A stretch of 64,000 nt of DNA from Minisyncoccota bacterium (GTDB lineage: Bacteria; Patescibacteriota; Minisyncoccia; Phycocordibacterales; UBA6065). Both the position numbers and the translations under genes were made by a program. Where the stretch lies: contig DASZXC010000008.1 of NCBI GenBank assembly GCA_035546035.1, positions 188,265 through 252,264 on the forward strand, in the 5' to 3' direction. The notes below the pieces were generated by a model. That model did not search any database. It saw only the letters and a list, made by a program, of their open reading frames with translations, and was not told the DNA's origin. Of this stretch, positions 46,212-58,915 are shown piece after piece (the first letter of the stretch is position 1; each line of letters begins with the position of its first letter).

Positions 46212-47423
46212 ATGCTTTTTAATTACACAGCGGTAGACGACAAGGGGGCGGAATCGAAGGGGTCCATAGACGCTATATCCTTGGATGTCGCCATCTCCTC
46301 TTTGCAGCGTCGAGGACTGGTCATCAAGGAAGTGAATCCTGCCGAGAAGAGCGGCTCGTTCTTCGGCCGCGAGATATCCCTCTTCTCCGGCGTCTCGAAT
46401 AAGGAGGTCGTCGTGCTCTCGCGCCAGCTCGCGACGCTCTTCGAGGCGCAGGTCTCGGCGCTCCGCGTCTTCCGCCTGATCGCATCCGAAACGGAGAATC
46501 GCGCGCTGGGCCGCGCCCTCACCGAGGTCGCTGACGACCTTCAGGCGGGCTCCTCGATATCGAAAGCCCTTGCCAAGCATCCGAAGATATTCAGCGAATT
46601 CTATACGAACATGGTGCGTTCGGGCGAAGAGTCAGGCAAGCTCGACGAGGTGTTCATCTTTCTCGCCGACCACCTCGACCGATCATATGAAGTGAACTCC
46701 AAGGCGCGAAACGCACTCATCTATCCTGCCTTCGTCATCTTCACGTTCGTAACGGTCATGATACTCATGCTCACCGTCGTCATACCGAAGATCAGCACCA
46801 TCCTCACCGAGTCGGGCCAGGAGGTGCCGATATATACTAAGATCGTCATCGGCTTCTCGCATCTCCTCGTCACTTACGGCATATTCCTTCTCGTCGCGGC
46901 CATCATCGGCGGATTCTTCCTCTATCGCTTCCTCCGCACGCCGGCAGGGAAGACGTCTCTCGACAATGCTAAAATCGAGATGCCTTTCGTGAAAAACCTC
47001 TATCAGAAGCTCTATCTGTCGCGCATATCCGATAATATGAACACTATGCTCGTATCCGGCATCCCTATGGTGCGCGCGCTCGAGCTGACGGCCGACGTCG
47101 TCGGGAACGAAGTCTATAAGAAAGTCCTCATGGACGCGACCGAAGACGTGAAGGGCGGCAAATCCGTATCCGACGCGCTCGTGAATAAGCGGATCATTCC
47201 CGGCATCATGCTCCAGATGATCAAGGTGGGCGAGGAGTCGGGCGAGCTCGGCAAGATTCTCAAGACTCTTTCGGTGTTCTATGCCCGCGAGGTCGTGAAC
47301 GCCGTGGATACGCTCGTCGACCTCATAGAACCTGCCATGATCGTGCTTCTAGGCCTCGGCGTAGGCTTCCTTCTGGCGTCGGTCCTCATTCCTATCTATA
47401 ACATCTCCTCGAATATCTCGTAG
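46212..47423 (+). CDS. pilC: type IV pilus platform protein PilC (GspF family)
   Basis: Two T2SSF repeats and three TM helices. Confidence 0.8.
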   Translation: MLFNYTAVDDKGAESKGSIDAISLDVAISSLQRRGLVIKEVNPAEKSGSFFGREISLFSGVSNKEVVVLSRQLATLFEAQVSALRVFRLIASETENRALGRALTEVADDLQAGSSISKALAKHPKIFSEFYTNMVRSGEESGKLDEVFIFLADHLDRSYEVNSKARNALIYPAFVIFTFVTVMILMLTVVIPKISTILTESGQEVPIYTKIVIGFSHLLVTYGIFLLVAAIIGGFFLYRFLRTPAGKTSLDNAKIEMPFVKNLYQKLYLSRISDNMNTMLVSGIPMVRALELTADVVGNEVYKKVLMDATEDVKGGKSVSDALVNKRIIPGIMLQMIKVGEESGELGKILKTLSVFYAREVVNAVDTLVDLIEPAMIVLLGLGVGFLLASVLIPIYNISSNIS

Positions 47424-47625
47424 CCGTCCCGATATCCGGTTATCCCCACGGCCTATTAGGCGTGAAAAAAAGCGTTTTGTATAATTGAAAGACCGGAATG
47501 GACCCATTTCGGTCGCTTCCCGGCCCGCCCAAGCGTTGAAGGATTCTGCTTGAAGCATTATTTTTGAGCCTTTGAGCGGAGCGGGAATCGGTCCGCATTA
47601 TCAGATCACTTTTAGAAAGATAGAT

Positions 47626-48081
47626 ATGAACAAGACAAAGGGCTTCACTCTCATCGAACTCCTCGTCGTGATCGCTATCATCGGCATCCTCTCGTCTGTC
47701 GTCTTGGCATCGCTCAATACGGCTCGAGGAAAGGGTTCTGATGCGGCTATCAAGTCGCAGCTCGCGGCTATCCGCCCGCAGGCTGAAATTTATTACGATA
47801 CGAACGGCAACTACGGTGCTGCGGCGGCGGCAACGTCGAACGGCCAGTGCGTAGTTTCGGGCACCATGTTCGCCGCTGACTCGACCATCGCTAATCAGAT
47901 CGCAGGCGTGAAGAACACCTCTGGCGCGACGCAGGTCATCTGCGGTACCAACGCGAACCCGGCGACCGCTTGGGCTATCTCGGCTCGCCTCGTTTCGAAC
48001 ACCGGGCAGTACTGGTGCGTAGACTCGACGGGCGCTTCGAAGCAGGAATCGGCTGCTATCACCGGTTCTGCCTGCCAGTAA
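47626..48081 (+). CDS. type IV pilin (major pilin candidate)
   Basis: Prepilin leader MNKTKG/FTLIELLVVIAIIG and a C-terminal Cys pair. The track ORF starts at 47572; the internal ATG is preferred. Confidence 0.75.
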   Translation: MNKTKGFTLIELLVVIAIIGILSSVVLASLNTARGKGSDAAIKSQLAAIRPQAEIYYDTNGNYGAAAAATSNGQCVVSGTMFAADSTIANQIAGVKNTSGATQVICGTNANPATAWAISARLVSNTGQYWCVDSTGASKQESAAITGSACQ

Positions 48082-48154
48082 TCGGATCCTCTTACGCAAA
48101 GCCGCCCCTCACGGGGTGGTTTTGTTTTGCATGAGCATTGTTTATAATATCTGC

Positions 48155-48583
48155 ATGATCAAAAGAGGATTCACCCTGATCGAGCTCCTGGTCGTGATAT
48201 CGATCATCTCGCTTTTGTCGTCAGTCGTCATATCCACGCTCTCCGCGGCCCGCACCAAGGGCGCCGACGGGGCAGTGAAGGCGGCGATGAAGCAGATGCA
48301 TACCCAGGCGCAGAATTACCTTGATTCCAACACAGACTTGGGGACAAGCCTTTCGGCCTGCACGTCGGGCGTATTCGCGGATACTCAATTCGCCGCTATC
48401 CGCGCGAACGTGCTTTCGAATGCCGCTCCCGGCGCGACCATGACTTGCGCGACCGATTCGACGGGCAGCAAATGGGCGGTCGGGGTTTCGGCATTGAAGG
48501 GCGGCGGCACGTGGTGCACCGACAACAGCCAGGGCTGGTTCAAGGCCGGAACGGTCAATGCCGCGAACGGCGTCTGCCAATAA
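48155..48583 (+). CDS. type IV pilin
   Basis: MIKRG/FTLIELLVVISIIS and a C-terminal Cys pair. Confidence 0.7.
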   Translation: MIKRGFTLIELLVVISIISLLSSVVISTLSAARTKGADGAVKAAMKQMHTQAQNYLDSNTDLGTSLSACTSGVFADTQFAAIRANVLSNAAPGATMTCATDSTGSKWAVGVSALKGGGTWCTDNSQGWFKAGTVNAANGVCQ

Positions 48584-48589
48584 CCTGCC

Positions 48590-48976
48590 ATGCGAAACAC
48601 TCGCGCTTTCACTCTCGTCGAGATACTCATCGTGCTCTCGATCGTCGGCGTCCTTACGGCGATCGTCATAGATTCTACGACAGCGTCGCGCTCGAAGGCG
48701 CGCGATACGCGCCGCATCTCCGACATGAAAGAGATCCAGATCGGCCTCGCGCTCTATTACGACGTCAACCGCGCCTATCCGTCAGACCTTGCGACGCTCG
48801 AGGCCCAGAAATACCTGCCGTCGATCCCGACCGACCCTCTCGGCTCTTCCTATGAATACGCGCAGGGGACCGATACGTACTGCCTCGGCGTGACGCTCGA
48901 AGGCGCCGTCCCTGCAGATTCGGCGTCGTGCACGAGCGGTCCGTCGGCGAACTACAAGGCGCTCCCTCCGCAGTAA
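48590..48976 (+). CDS. type IV pilin
   Basis: MRNTRA/FTLVEILIVLSIVG. Confidence 0.7.
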   Translation: MRNTRAFTLVEILIVLSIVGVLTAIVIDSTTASRSKARDTRRISDMKEIQIGLALYYDVNRAYPSDLATLEAQKYLPSIPTDPLGSSYEYAQGTDTYCLGVTLEGAVPADSASCTSGPSANYKALPPQ

Positions 48977-48977
48977 T

Positions 48978-49787
48978 ATGGAATATCTCGCCGTATTCGT
49001 TTTCGGTCTCATCGTCGGAAGCTTCCTGAACGTCGTCATTCTCCGCTTCAATACGGGCATGACCGTGTCCGACGGCAGGTCGCGATGCTTTTCCTGCGGG
49101 GAAGAATTGACCTGGAGCGAGCTCGTTCCGGTATTGAGCTATGCCTTCCAAGGCGGCGCATGCAGAAAATGCGGCTCGCGCATATCGCCGCAGTATCCGC
49201 TGGTCGAGATCGCGGGCGGCATGGCGTTCATCGCGGCATATACGATGGTTCCCGGCGCGCTTTCCGGCGCGATGCCGTTCGCCGCATTCGCCCTCACCGC
49301 CATCCTCCTGTGCCTCTACGTCGTCATCGTCGCATACGACCTCAAGCATAAAATAATCCCTGATTTTTTTTCGTACCTCGCGGGATTCGCGGCGCTCGGC
49401 CTCGTCGCCGTCGATTCCGCTACGACAGGCTCGGTCGATTTCATGCGCGTCATCGGCGGTCCGGCGCTCTTCCTCTTCTTCTGGTTCTTCTGGAAAGTAT
49501 CGAAAGGCAGGTGGATGGGTCTGGGCGACGGAAAGCTGGCGCTCTCCATAGGCTGGACGCTCGGCTTGGTCCAAGGGCTGGCGGCGCTCCTCATATCCTT
49601 CTGGGCCGGAGCGGTCGTATCGCTCGCCGCCATGGGATATCAGAGGGTGTCGAAAAAGGGTCGAGAGGGAGCGGCGCTCGGCATGAAAAGCGAGATACCG
49701 TTCGGGCCGTTCTTGGTCATAGGATTTCTTGTCGTATTCTTCGGATTCATAGATATGCAGTCTATTTTGGCGTATTTGGCGCTATAA
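48978..49787 (+). CDS. pilD: prepilin peptidase PilD (A24 family)
   Basis: N-terminal CxxC...CxxC zinc motif plus a polytopic A24 peptidase profile. Confidence 0.8.
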   Translation: MEYLAVFVFGLIVGSFLNVVILRFNTGMTVSDGRSRCFSCGEELTWSELVPVLSYAFQGGACRKCGSRISPQYPLVEIAGGMAFIAAYTMVPGALSGAMPFAAFALTAILLCLYVVIVAYDLKHKIIPDFFSYLAGFAALGLVAVDSATTGSVDFMRVIGGPALFLFFWFFWKVSKGRWMGLGDGKLALSIGWTLGLVQGLAALLISFWAGAVVSLAAMGYQRVSKKGREGAALGMKSEIPFGPFLVIGFLVVFFGFIDMQSILAYLAL

Positions 49788-49794
49788 TAGAGGC

Positions 49795-50373
49795 ATGGTT
49801 TCGGATCATTCCCAACAGGGCTTCACCCTCGTCGAGCTTCTCGTCTCGATCGGCATATTCACGGTCATAACGACCGTAGCCATTTTCAGCAATGCTCAAT
49901 TCAACGGCAGCGTGCTCCTCACCAACCTCGCATACGAGATCGCTCTCTCCATACGCCAGGCGCAATATTACGGGATCTCTGTCAGGCAGGATTCGTCCCA
50001 GGCATTCGATTCGGGCTATGGCGTCAGCTTCAAGACTTCGACCCCGACCTCGTATTCCATATTCGAAGACAAGGCCGGCGGTTCGATGCATATATATGAC
50101 GGCAGCGATCCGATAGTCAAAGCATATTCGGTCGCGAAGGGTAACAGGGTGTCCAAGATATGCGTAGACGGCGACTGCTCGAAGACGACCGTGGACATCA
50201 CGTTCGTCCGTCCCGAACCGGACGCGTTCATAACGGCGAACGCCGCAACGTCTCCCTTCTACGGCAAGGCCGAGGTCTGCGTCCTCTCGCCCCAGAACCT
50301 GAAAAGGAAGATCGTGGTCGAGTCTACGGGGCAGATATCGGTTGGAACGGATGATTCGGGCGTCTGCAATTAA
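49795..50373 (+). CDS. minor pilin / pseudopilin
   Basis: Class III leader QQG/FTLVELLVSIGIF. Confidence 0.6.
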   Translation: MVSDHSQQGFTLVELLVSIGIFTVITTVAIFSNAQFNGSVLLTNLAYEIALSIRQAQYYGISVRQDSSQAFDSGYGVSFKTSTPTSYSIFEDKAGGSMHIYDGSDPIVKAYSVAKGNRVSKICVDGDCSKTTVDITFVRPEPDAFITANAATSPFYGKAEVCVLSPQNLKRKIVVESTGQISVGTDDSGVCN

Positions 50374-50376
50374 CAT

Positions 50377-50961
50377 ATGAAGAATAGCGCGAACAATCAG
50401 GGATTCACGCTCATCGAGGTTCTCGTCTCGGTATCCATATTCGCCATGGTGATGCTCATCGCGACCGGGTCGGTGTTCTCGATCGTCGCGGCGAACAAGA
50501 AGACTCATGCCATAAAGTCGGTGATGACGAACCTGAACTTCGCCCTCGAAAGCATGATGCGCGACATGCGCCTCGGCTCGCGCTATGCCTGCGGGGCGTC
50601 GGTACCGCTTTCGAGCCCCTCTGACTGCGCCTCGGGCGATGTTGTATTCAGGTTCAAGGCGAATCGCGACGTTTCCGGCGATGCCGTCTATGACCCGTCG
50701 GGAATAAACGATCAGATAGAATACAGGCTCCAGGACGGGCGTATCATGAAGAAGATATACGACAACACGACCTCGGACTACGCCATCACCGCGACGGAAG
50801 TCCATGTGACGTCCCTTATGTTCTACGTGACCGGATCGGGAACCGGCGACGGCAAGCAGCCGAAGGTCGTCGTCACGGTCCAGGGATATTCGGGATCCGG
50901 CGCGACCCAGTCGAATTTCAACATCCAGACCATGGTGACCCAGCGCGCCATCGATTCATAG
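50377..50961 (+). CDS. minor pilin / pseudopilin
   Basis: NQG/FTLIEVLVSVSIF. Confidence 0.6.
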   Translation: MKNSANNQGFTLIEVLVSVSIFAMVMLIATGSVFSIVAANKKTHAIKSVMTNLNFALESMMRDMRLGSRYACGASVPLSSPSDCASGDVVFRFKANRDVSGDAVYDPSGINDQIEYRLQDGRIMKKIYDNTTSDYAITATEVHVTSLMFYVTGSGTGDGKQPKVVVTVQGYSGSGATQSNFNIQTMVTQRAIDS

Positions 50962-50976
50962 CATGCGATCCTCCGT

Positions 50977-51522
50977 ATGAAAAAACGCTCTGAAAACAAA
51001 GGCAACAAAGGATTCACGCTCGTCGAGGCCATGGTGGCGATCTCGATACTTTCGCTTGCGGTCACAGGGCCTCTCATCATCGCGCAGAAAGGCCTCGGCT
51101 CCGCCGTATACGCCAAAGACCAGATCATCGCGGCATATCTGGCGCAGGAAGCGGTCGAATACGTCCGAAATGCCCGCGATACCAACCGCATCACTGGCGC
51201 CGCATGGCTCAACGGGCTTTCGGCCTGCATGGTGAGCGGCGGCTCGGAAGCGTGCGAGATAGACGCGCGAAAGACGGATTTTCTCGCGACGGGCGCGGTG
51301 CAGTCGTGCCCGGGCGGCGCCTGCGACAAGGTCTCGTTCGATCCGTCGAGCGGCCTCTATGGCTACGGTATCGGCAGCGCGACGAAATTCACTCGCTCGA
51401 TATCCATAGACAACCGCGCTTCGGCAAAAGAGGCGACTATGACCGTGACGGTGTCGTGGGCGACGAATCTCTTCCTGCCGGTCCGAACGTTCACGGTACG
51501 CGAGACGATATTCAACTTCTAG
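50977..51522 (+). CDS. minor pilin (PilV-like)
   Basis: KG/FTLVEAMVAISIL. Confidence 0.6.
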   Translation: MKKRSENKGNKGFTLVEAMVAISILSLAVTGPLIIAQKGLGSAVYAKDQIIAAYLAQEAVEYVRNARDTNRITGAAWLNGLSACMVSGGSEACEIDARKTDFLATGAVQSCPGGACDKVSFDPSSGLYGYGIGSATKFTRSISIDNRASAKEATMTVTVSWATNLFLPVRTFTVRETIFNF

Positions 51523-51523
51523 C

Positions 51524-52084
51524 ATGAAAACAGATGCTCTGATCCAGAATAGGACTCCATCGCAGAAGGCCGGTTTTGCCATGCTCTTTGCCGTCCTCGT
51601 ATCGAGCGTGCTTCTGGCCGTCGGCATTTCCATATTCAACCTGACGGTGAAAGAGCTCATATTGTCGGCTTCCGGCCGTGAATCGCAGTTCGCATTCTAT
51701 GCCGCCGACACGGGCGCCGAGTGCGCCCTATATTGGGATTTCAAGGGCGTCGACGTCTTCGCGACTTCCACGGGCGACCGAACTCCGTCGCCGGCGAGCC
51801 CTGACTGCGTAGACGCTGCAGGACAGGCGGCGCAGACCATAAACGTATCGAATTACGTCGCGTATTCCGGCTATCCCGTGGCGCGAACGAGCAATTCAGC
51901 CGTGACGCAATTCACGCTCAATATCCCGAGCGTAGGCCCGCAGTACTGCGCGATCGTGACGGTGGTCAAAGACTCTTCCTCTGGCATTCAAAAGACCGTG
52001 ATCGATTCGCGAGGGTACAATTTGCCGTGCTCGGCGACTACTGATCCAAACAGGGTGGAGCGAGCTTTGAAGATCACATACTAG
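51524..52084 (+). CDS. PilX-like minor pilin
   Basis: Non-canonical N-terminus GFAMLFAVLVSSVLL; last gene of the cluster. Confidence 0.45.
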   Translation: MKTDALIQNRTPSQKAGFAMLFAVLVSSVLLAVGISIFNLTVKELILSASGRESQFAFYAADTGAECALYWDFKGVDVFATSTGDRTPSPASPDCVDAAGQAAQTINVSNYVAYSGYPVARTSNSAVTQFTLNIPSVGPQYCAIVTVVKDSSSGIQKTVIDSRGYNLPCSATTDPNRVERALKITY

Positions 52085-52107
52085 TCTTTGGAGCCTAAAA
52101 ATCGTAA

Positions 52108-54144
<2,037 letters not shown>

Positions 54145-54193
54145 AATAGGTTGTGGATAATTCAGTCGCCGTTTCTGTGCGATAATCATACCC

Positions 54194-57100
54194 ATGAGAC
54201 CAGTCAGGTGCTTTAATTGGCTGTGGTGCATTTTTGTCTTCACGCTCGTCGTCCCTTCGACTGGATTTGCCGCAACCGCTATCTATAGGTCCGTATCGCC
54301 GAGCAACACCTCGGTCCTCGATTCTGCCGGCGGGTCGAAATCCCTGACCATCAGCGGCTCTACCGCGACGTTCGGCGGCGCCATAGCGAATAACGTGGGC
54401 GTCGGCGACGTTATCCAGTACGATTCCGCGTCCAACGGAACTATCAATGCCGTCGCTTTCATATACGGCCGCACGGATTCGACGCACTATACCGTGAAGA
54501 ACGCGTCCGGCGGCACGCCGACCGCCGTTACGGGAAGCACTGCATGGTCTATCTATCGAGCATATACTTCTCTGGGCGAAGGCTTCGTAGGTTCCGAGAA
54601 CACTGGTATCAATTCGTCCGTCCGGGATTTCGATACTACGTATTCAGGTACCGACGGTAAGGATCTCACGGTCCTCGATCAGCAGTGGAATTTCGCCGCA
54701 TACGGCAATGGCACGACCCGTGATCACACTCCTAACCCATATCTTATCGGCTGGACGACGGGGCCTACCACATACATCAGGATATATACGCCGACATCGA
54801 CTGCGGAAGTAGGCACGAGCCAGAGGGCGAATGGAGGCAAATGGGATCCGAATAAATACGGGGTCAGCTCTCCCTGCCAGGGTCTTTGGCTTCAGGTCAA
54901 TTATGCCCGAATCGACGGCATCCAGATGGACCTGTTGCATACGCAGGCGTCCACGAGCGGGGCCGGCGAGTATCAGATATCTAATAATCTCATAGATCCG
55001 GTCGTCGCAGATAATTTCGGTTGTTTCTTCAGCTATTTCGATGAATCCGCATCAAATGGAGCTAGTGTCGGCCTGAAGTTCTGGAACAATATCGTCGCAA
55101 ACAGCGGCCCGGCCGGAGGCGCTGTAGACCTCCGCTATCTCGGCGGGCAGGTGACGCTGTATAATAACACCTTCTATAACGATGCGTATCCTTTCTTTGT
55201 GGGTGCTTCGAATATGCTGCTTAAGAACAACATATTCGCATCGACTACGGAGATCTTCAGGTTCGGCGGATCAGCTTCTGCGTCTTCCGACTACAACTCC
55301 TTCAGCGCGTCTTCGGTAAGCGGGTATACGAACAATACCCATGACCGTTTCTCTCAGACGTTCTCATTAAACGACCCTGCCAATTATGACTATAACCTCA
55401 CAGGCTCTGATACTGCTGCCCGCGACCGCGGCGTCGACCTCTCCGGCGACAGCCTGATCCCGTTCTCCATAGACCAAACCGGCAGCACCCGTCCCGGCAA
55501 CTCTATCTGGGATATAGGCGCGCTCGAATATTTTCCCGCTCCCGATACGACGCCGCCCGGCCGTTCGGCAGGCGCTCCTTCCGGTAGGATAGCGACTTCG
55601 ACGACTTCTACCAATATCACGCTCAATACGAACGAGAGCTCCACCTGCAAGTATTCGACGACCCCGAACACGGCCTATGGATCGATGACGAACACGTTCA
55701 CCACCACCGGCGGCACGAGCCATTCGACTGCCGTGAGCGTGTCGAGCGGACACCCGTACACCTATTACATCCGCTGCCAGGACGGCGCATCGAATGCGAA
55801 TACGGACGACTATACCATCCAGTTCTTCGTGAATCAGGCGGGTACCGTGTACGCCGACAGTTGTTCTGTCTCTGACGTGAATACGGCGTATAGCTATACC
55901 TATGCCGGAGATACGCTCAAGCTCCCTGCGGGTACCTGCACCGGATGGACATCGTCGTCCGGTCTTGCCATCGGCAAGGCCATAACGCTTCAGGGCGCGG
56001 GTATCGACCAGACGATCCTGGAGATCGCATCTACGACCGGGACGTACAATTCAGCCGCGATACCGATCTTCGCGCCGGCGACTGTCCGCGATCTTACGGT
56101 CCGCACGGAAACGTCGGGAAACAGCGGCACCTGGTTCGCCGCGAGCGCCGACGGATTCCATTTCACGAACGTCAAGTATGTAGACAGGACTTCGACCACC
56201 GGCGGCTACTTCCTCTATGCGAGCGCGTATGGCCTCGTCGACAACAGCGATATCACGAGTGCGGCGGGCGACATGGAGCTCATACTGGTCCGCGGCCCTT
56301 CGAACTCTTGGCAGACCGCGAATTCGATGGGCTCTTCGTCGGCAGTCTTCATCGAGAACTCCATATTCCGCGGGCCGGGATACGTGACGGACTGTAACTC
56401 GAACGCGCGCTGCGTCGTCCGCAACATCTCCATCACCGGTCAAATGAAGGTAGACGGCCACGGCTTGGCTTCGAACACGCCTGCCCGCGGCGTCCGCCAG
56501 TATGAGCTCTATAACACGACGTGGAGCGCGGCCGACGGCGCGTGGACGGCGATCGAAATGCGCGGCGGCACCGGCATGATATTCGGCAACAGATCGACCG
56601 GCGGCAATTTCCTTTTCAATGAATACTGCGCGACTGCGGTTTGGGCGAATTGCGGGGGCGTCCAGCTGACGGCGGCTGACTATCCGATATCCGATCAGAT
56701 CGGCGTGGGCAAGGATCCCAAAGCAGCCCATAGCGAGCCGTATTATGTCTGGGATACTTTGAAGAACGCCGCTCAATGGCCGATCAACCTCGGCTATGGC
56801 GAAGAAGCCCTCTTGAGCGGCCTCATCGTCGCGAATAGGGATTACTATATATCCTCGACCTCCGTAGCTTTCAACGGAACGGCGAACGGTACCTCTGCCG
56901 GCGTCGGCACCGGCCTCCTCGCGGCCCGTCCGGCGACCTGCACGACGGGCGTTGCCTATTGGGCGACCGATCAGGGCGGCAGCTGGAATACGATAAACGG
57001 CACCGGAGCCGACGGCGCTCTCTATACATGTATCTCCACGAATACCTGGAGGAAGTCGTATGTCCCGTACGCCCTGCCTCATTATCTTGCCGCCGCTTCG

Positions 57101-58861
57101 ACTACCGGCACGAGCCTCGTCGACAGGGGAATGGGCGCGCGCTTCTTCGGCGTCGGAACGTTCTATGGCGTCGCCACGTCTTCCGCTTCCGGCACGTATG
57201 CCGATATGGCTATCAATCCTTCCTCTACCTCGGCCGACACCTGGCTCGATGTCTCCATCTCCCTCTGGAACAATACGGGAACGAGGCATAAGACGTGGAC
57301 GGAATCATCGGAGAACGCTACGACGACGCTGCACACCATCGGCGACCTCGCGGCTAACACGGGCTATAACGTCAAGGTAGACAACGTCCTCGGATCGGGC
57401 ATAACGGGCGGCTCGTGCTCGGGCGGCGTCTGCACCTCGAACGGCTCCGGCAAGATCACTTTCACGTATTCGGGAGGATATTCTACCCACACGTTCGACG
57501 TCGAAGACGTCTCGGCTTCGTCCGCGTCCGCGCCTTCGGTGACGACCTCCGCGGCTTCGTCCATCGCTGCTACGACCGCTATCCTTAACGGCTCGATAAC
57601 CAACAATGGGGGAGCGGACGCCACCCAGTCGGGCTTCGCATACGGCACGGTCTCGACGCTCCAGTCAGGCGTCATCGCGACCTCGACCCTCGGATCGCAG
57701 ACGGGCAACGCCTCGTTCAATTCGTCGATATCGTCTTTGACCTGCAATACCACGTATTATTTCCGCGCGTATGCTACGAATACCGGCGGAACCGGATACG
57801 GATCGATCCTCTCGTTCACGTCGGGAGCATGCACCCCGACCGTCACTACCCAGGCCGCTTCGTCCATCACTAATTCTTCTGCGACCGCGAACGGCACGAT
57901 CACCGCGACCGGCGGAGCGAATGCGACCTCTCGCGGAGCCGTATACGGCGTCACGACCGCGTATGGCGCGACCACGACTGAAGCCGGATCGTTCTCCACG
58001 GGAGCCTTCACCGCTTCTTTGAGCGGCCTCGCCTGCAATACCCTCTACCATGTAAAGGCGTATGCGATCAATTCCGGCGGTGCGGCGTACGGCTCTGACG
58101 TCACGTTCACCTCGTCGGCCTGCGCATCGCCGTCCGTGACGACCTCCGCCGCTTCATCGATCGGCCAGACCTCTGCGACCTTGAACGCTCTCATCACCGC
58201 GACCGGCGGCCAGAACGCCACCCAGTCGGGCTTCGCGTACGGCACGTCGTCGGCGCTTTCGACCGTCATCGCGACCTCGACCCTCGGATCGCAGACGGGC
58301 GCCGTCGCATTCTCTTCCTCCGTATCGTCTCTCACCTGCGAAACCACCTACTACTTCCGCGCGTACGCGACGAATCCGACGGGAACCTCGTACGGATCGG
58401 TCGTTTCGTTCACTGCGGCGTCCTGCGTGACCGTTTCCGAGCCGACGCCCGTCTCTTCCGCTTCGCGTCCTTCCTCCCAGACCCATAGGGAGACGGCTGT
58501 CGCCGCGCCTTCGTCCGTCGTGACCGTCTCAAGCCCTGTCCTTCTCCCGACCCTCCGTCAATTCATCGATGCCCTCATATCGGCGGGCGTCATACCGGCA
58601 GACAAGGCAGAGACGGCTCGCGCGGCGCTCCTCAACACCGCTCCGGCATCCACCCCGTCGGTCAACCTCGCATACCATGACCAGGGAGACGCGGTGAAGT
58701 CGCTCCAGACGATACTCGCGTCCAAGGGCTTTTTGACCGCGACGCCGAACGGCGTATTCGGTCCCGCGACCCTCGCGGCGCTTAAAGCCTTCCAGAAGGC
58801 CAACGGCGTGCCCGCTACGGGCTTCTACGGGCCTCTTACCAGGGCGGCGATGGGACAGTAA
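54194..58861 (+). CDS. giant secreted cell-surface protein (beta-helix-like region, tandem Fn3-like repeats, C-terminal peptidoglycan-binding domain)
   Basis: Signal peptide (CIFVFTLVVPSTGFAATA), Gly/Thr/Ser-rich repeats (…TTSAASSI..T.A.LNG.IT..GG..AT..GFAYGT…, 4 copies), and a C-terminal PG_binding_1-like SLQTILASKGFL...LAALKAFQKANGV. Confidence 0.7.
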   Translation: MRPVRCFNWLWCIFVFTLVVPSTGFAATAIYRSVSPSNTSVLDSAGGSKSLTISGSTATFGGAIANNVGVGDVIQYDSASNGTINAVAFIYGRTDSTHYTVKNASGGTPTAVTGSTAWSIYRAYTSLGEGFVGSENTGINSSVRDFDTTYSGTDGKDLTVLDQQWNFAAYGNGTTRDHTPNPYLIGWTTGPTTYIRIYTPTSTAEVGTSQRANGGKWDPNKYGVSSPCQGLWLQVNYARIDGIQMDLLHTQASTSGAGEYQISNNLIDPVVADNFGCFFSYFDESASNGASVGLKFWNNIVANSGPAGGAVDLRYLGGQVTLYNNTFYNDAYPFFVGASNMLLKNNIFASTTEIFRFGGSASASSDYNSFSASSVSGYTNNTHDRFSQTFSLNDPANYDYNLTGSDTAARDRGVDLSGDSLIPFSIDQTGSTRPGNSIWDIGALEYFPAPDTTPPGRSAGAPSGRIATSTTSTNITLNTNESSTCKYSTTPNTAYGSMTNTFTTTGGTSHSTAVSVSSGHPYTYYIRCQDGASNANTDDYTIQFFVNQAGTVYADSCSVSDVNTAYSYTYAGDTLKLPAGTCTGWTSSSGLAIGKAITLQGAGIDQTILEIASTTGTYNSAAIPIFAPATVRDLTVRTETSGNSGTWFAASADGFHFTNVKYVDRTSTTGGYFLYASAYGLVDNSDITSAAGDMELILVRGPSNSWQTANSMGSSSAVFIENSIFRGPGYVTDCNSNARCVVRNISITGQMKVDGHGLASNTPARGVRQYELYNTTWSAADGAWTAIEMRGGTGMIFGNRSTGGNFLFNEYCATAVWANCGGVQLTAADYPISDQIGVGKDPKAAHSEPYYVWDTLKNAAQWPINLGYGEEALLSGLIVANRDYYISSTSVAFNGTANGTSAGVGTGLLAARPATCTTGVAYWATDQGGSWNTINGTGADGALYTCISTNTWRKSYVPYALPHYLAAASTTGTSLVDRGMGARFFGVGTFYGVATSSASGTYADMAINPSSTSADTWLDVSISLWNNTGTRHKTWTESSENATTTLHTIGDLAANTGYNVKVDNVLGSGITGGSCSGGVCTSNGSGKITFTYSGGYSTHTFDVEDVSASSASAPSVTTSAASSIAATTAILNGSITNNGGADATQSGFAYGTVSTLQSGVIATSTLGSQTGNASFNSSISSLTCNTTYYFRAYATNTGGTGYGSILSFTSGACTPTVTTQAASSITNSSATANGTITATGGANATSRGAVYGVTTAYGATTTEAGSFSTGAFTASLSGLACNTLYHVKAYAINSGGAAYGSDVTFTSSACASPSVTTSAASSIGQTSATLNALITATGGQNATQSGFAYGTSSALSTVIATSTLGSQTGAVAFSSSVSSLTCETTYYFRAYATNPTGTSYGSVVSFTAASCVTVSEPTPVSSASRPSSQTHRETAVAAPSSVVTVSSPVLLPTLRQFIDALISAGVIPADKAETARAALLNTAPASTPSVNLAYHDQGDAVKSLQTILASKGFLTATPNGVFGPATLAALKAFQKANGVPATGFYGPLTRAAMGQ

Positions 58862-58915
58862 GGCGCGACGGGAGAAAGCTTTGAACCGCAGGCGCGCAAT
58901 GGTATAGTCATCCCC

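Noticed and set aside
47478-47485. TGTATAAT sequence (a near extended -10, lacking the spacer base) upstream of the major pilin as a promoter call
   Set aside because: It is 140 nt from the start codon with no convincing -35 or sigma-54 GG-N10-GC element. It is too weak to annotate as a feature.
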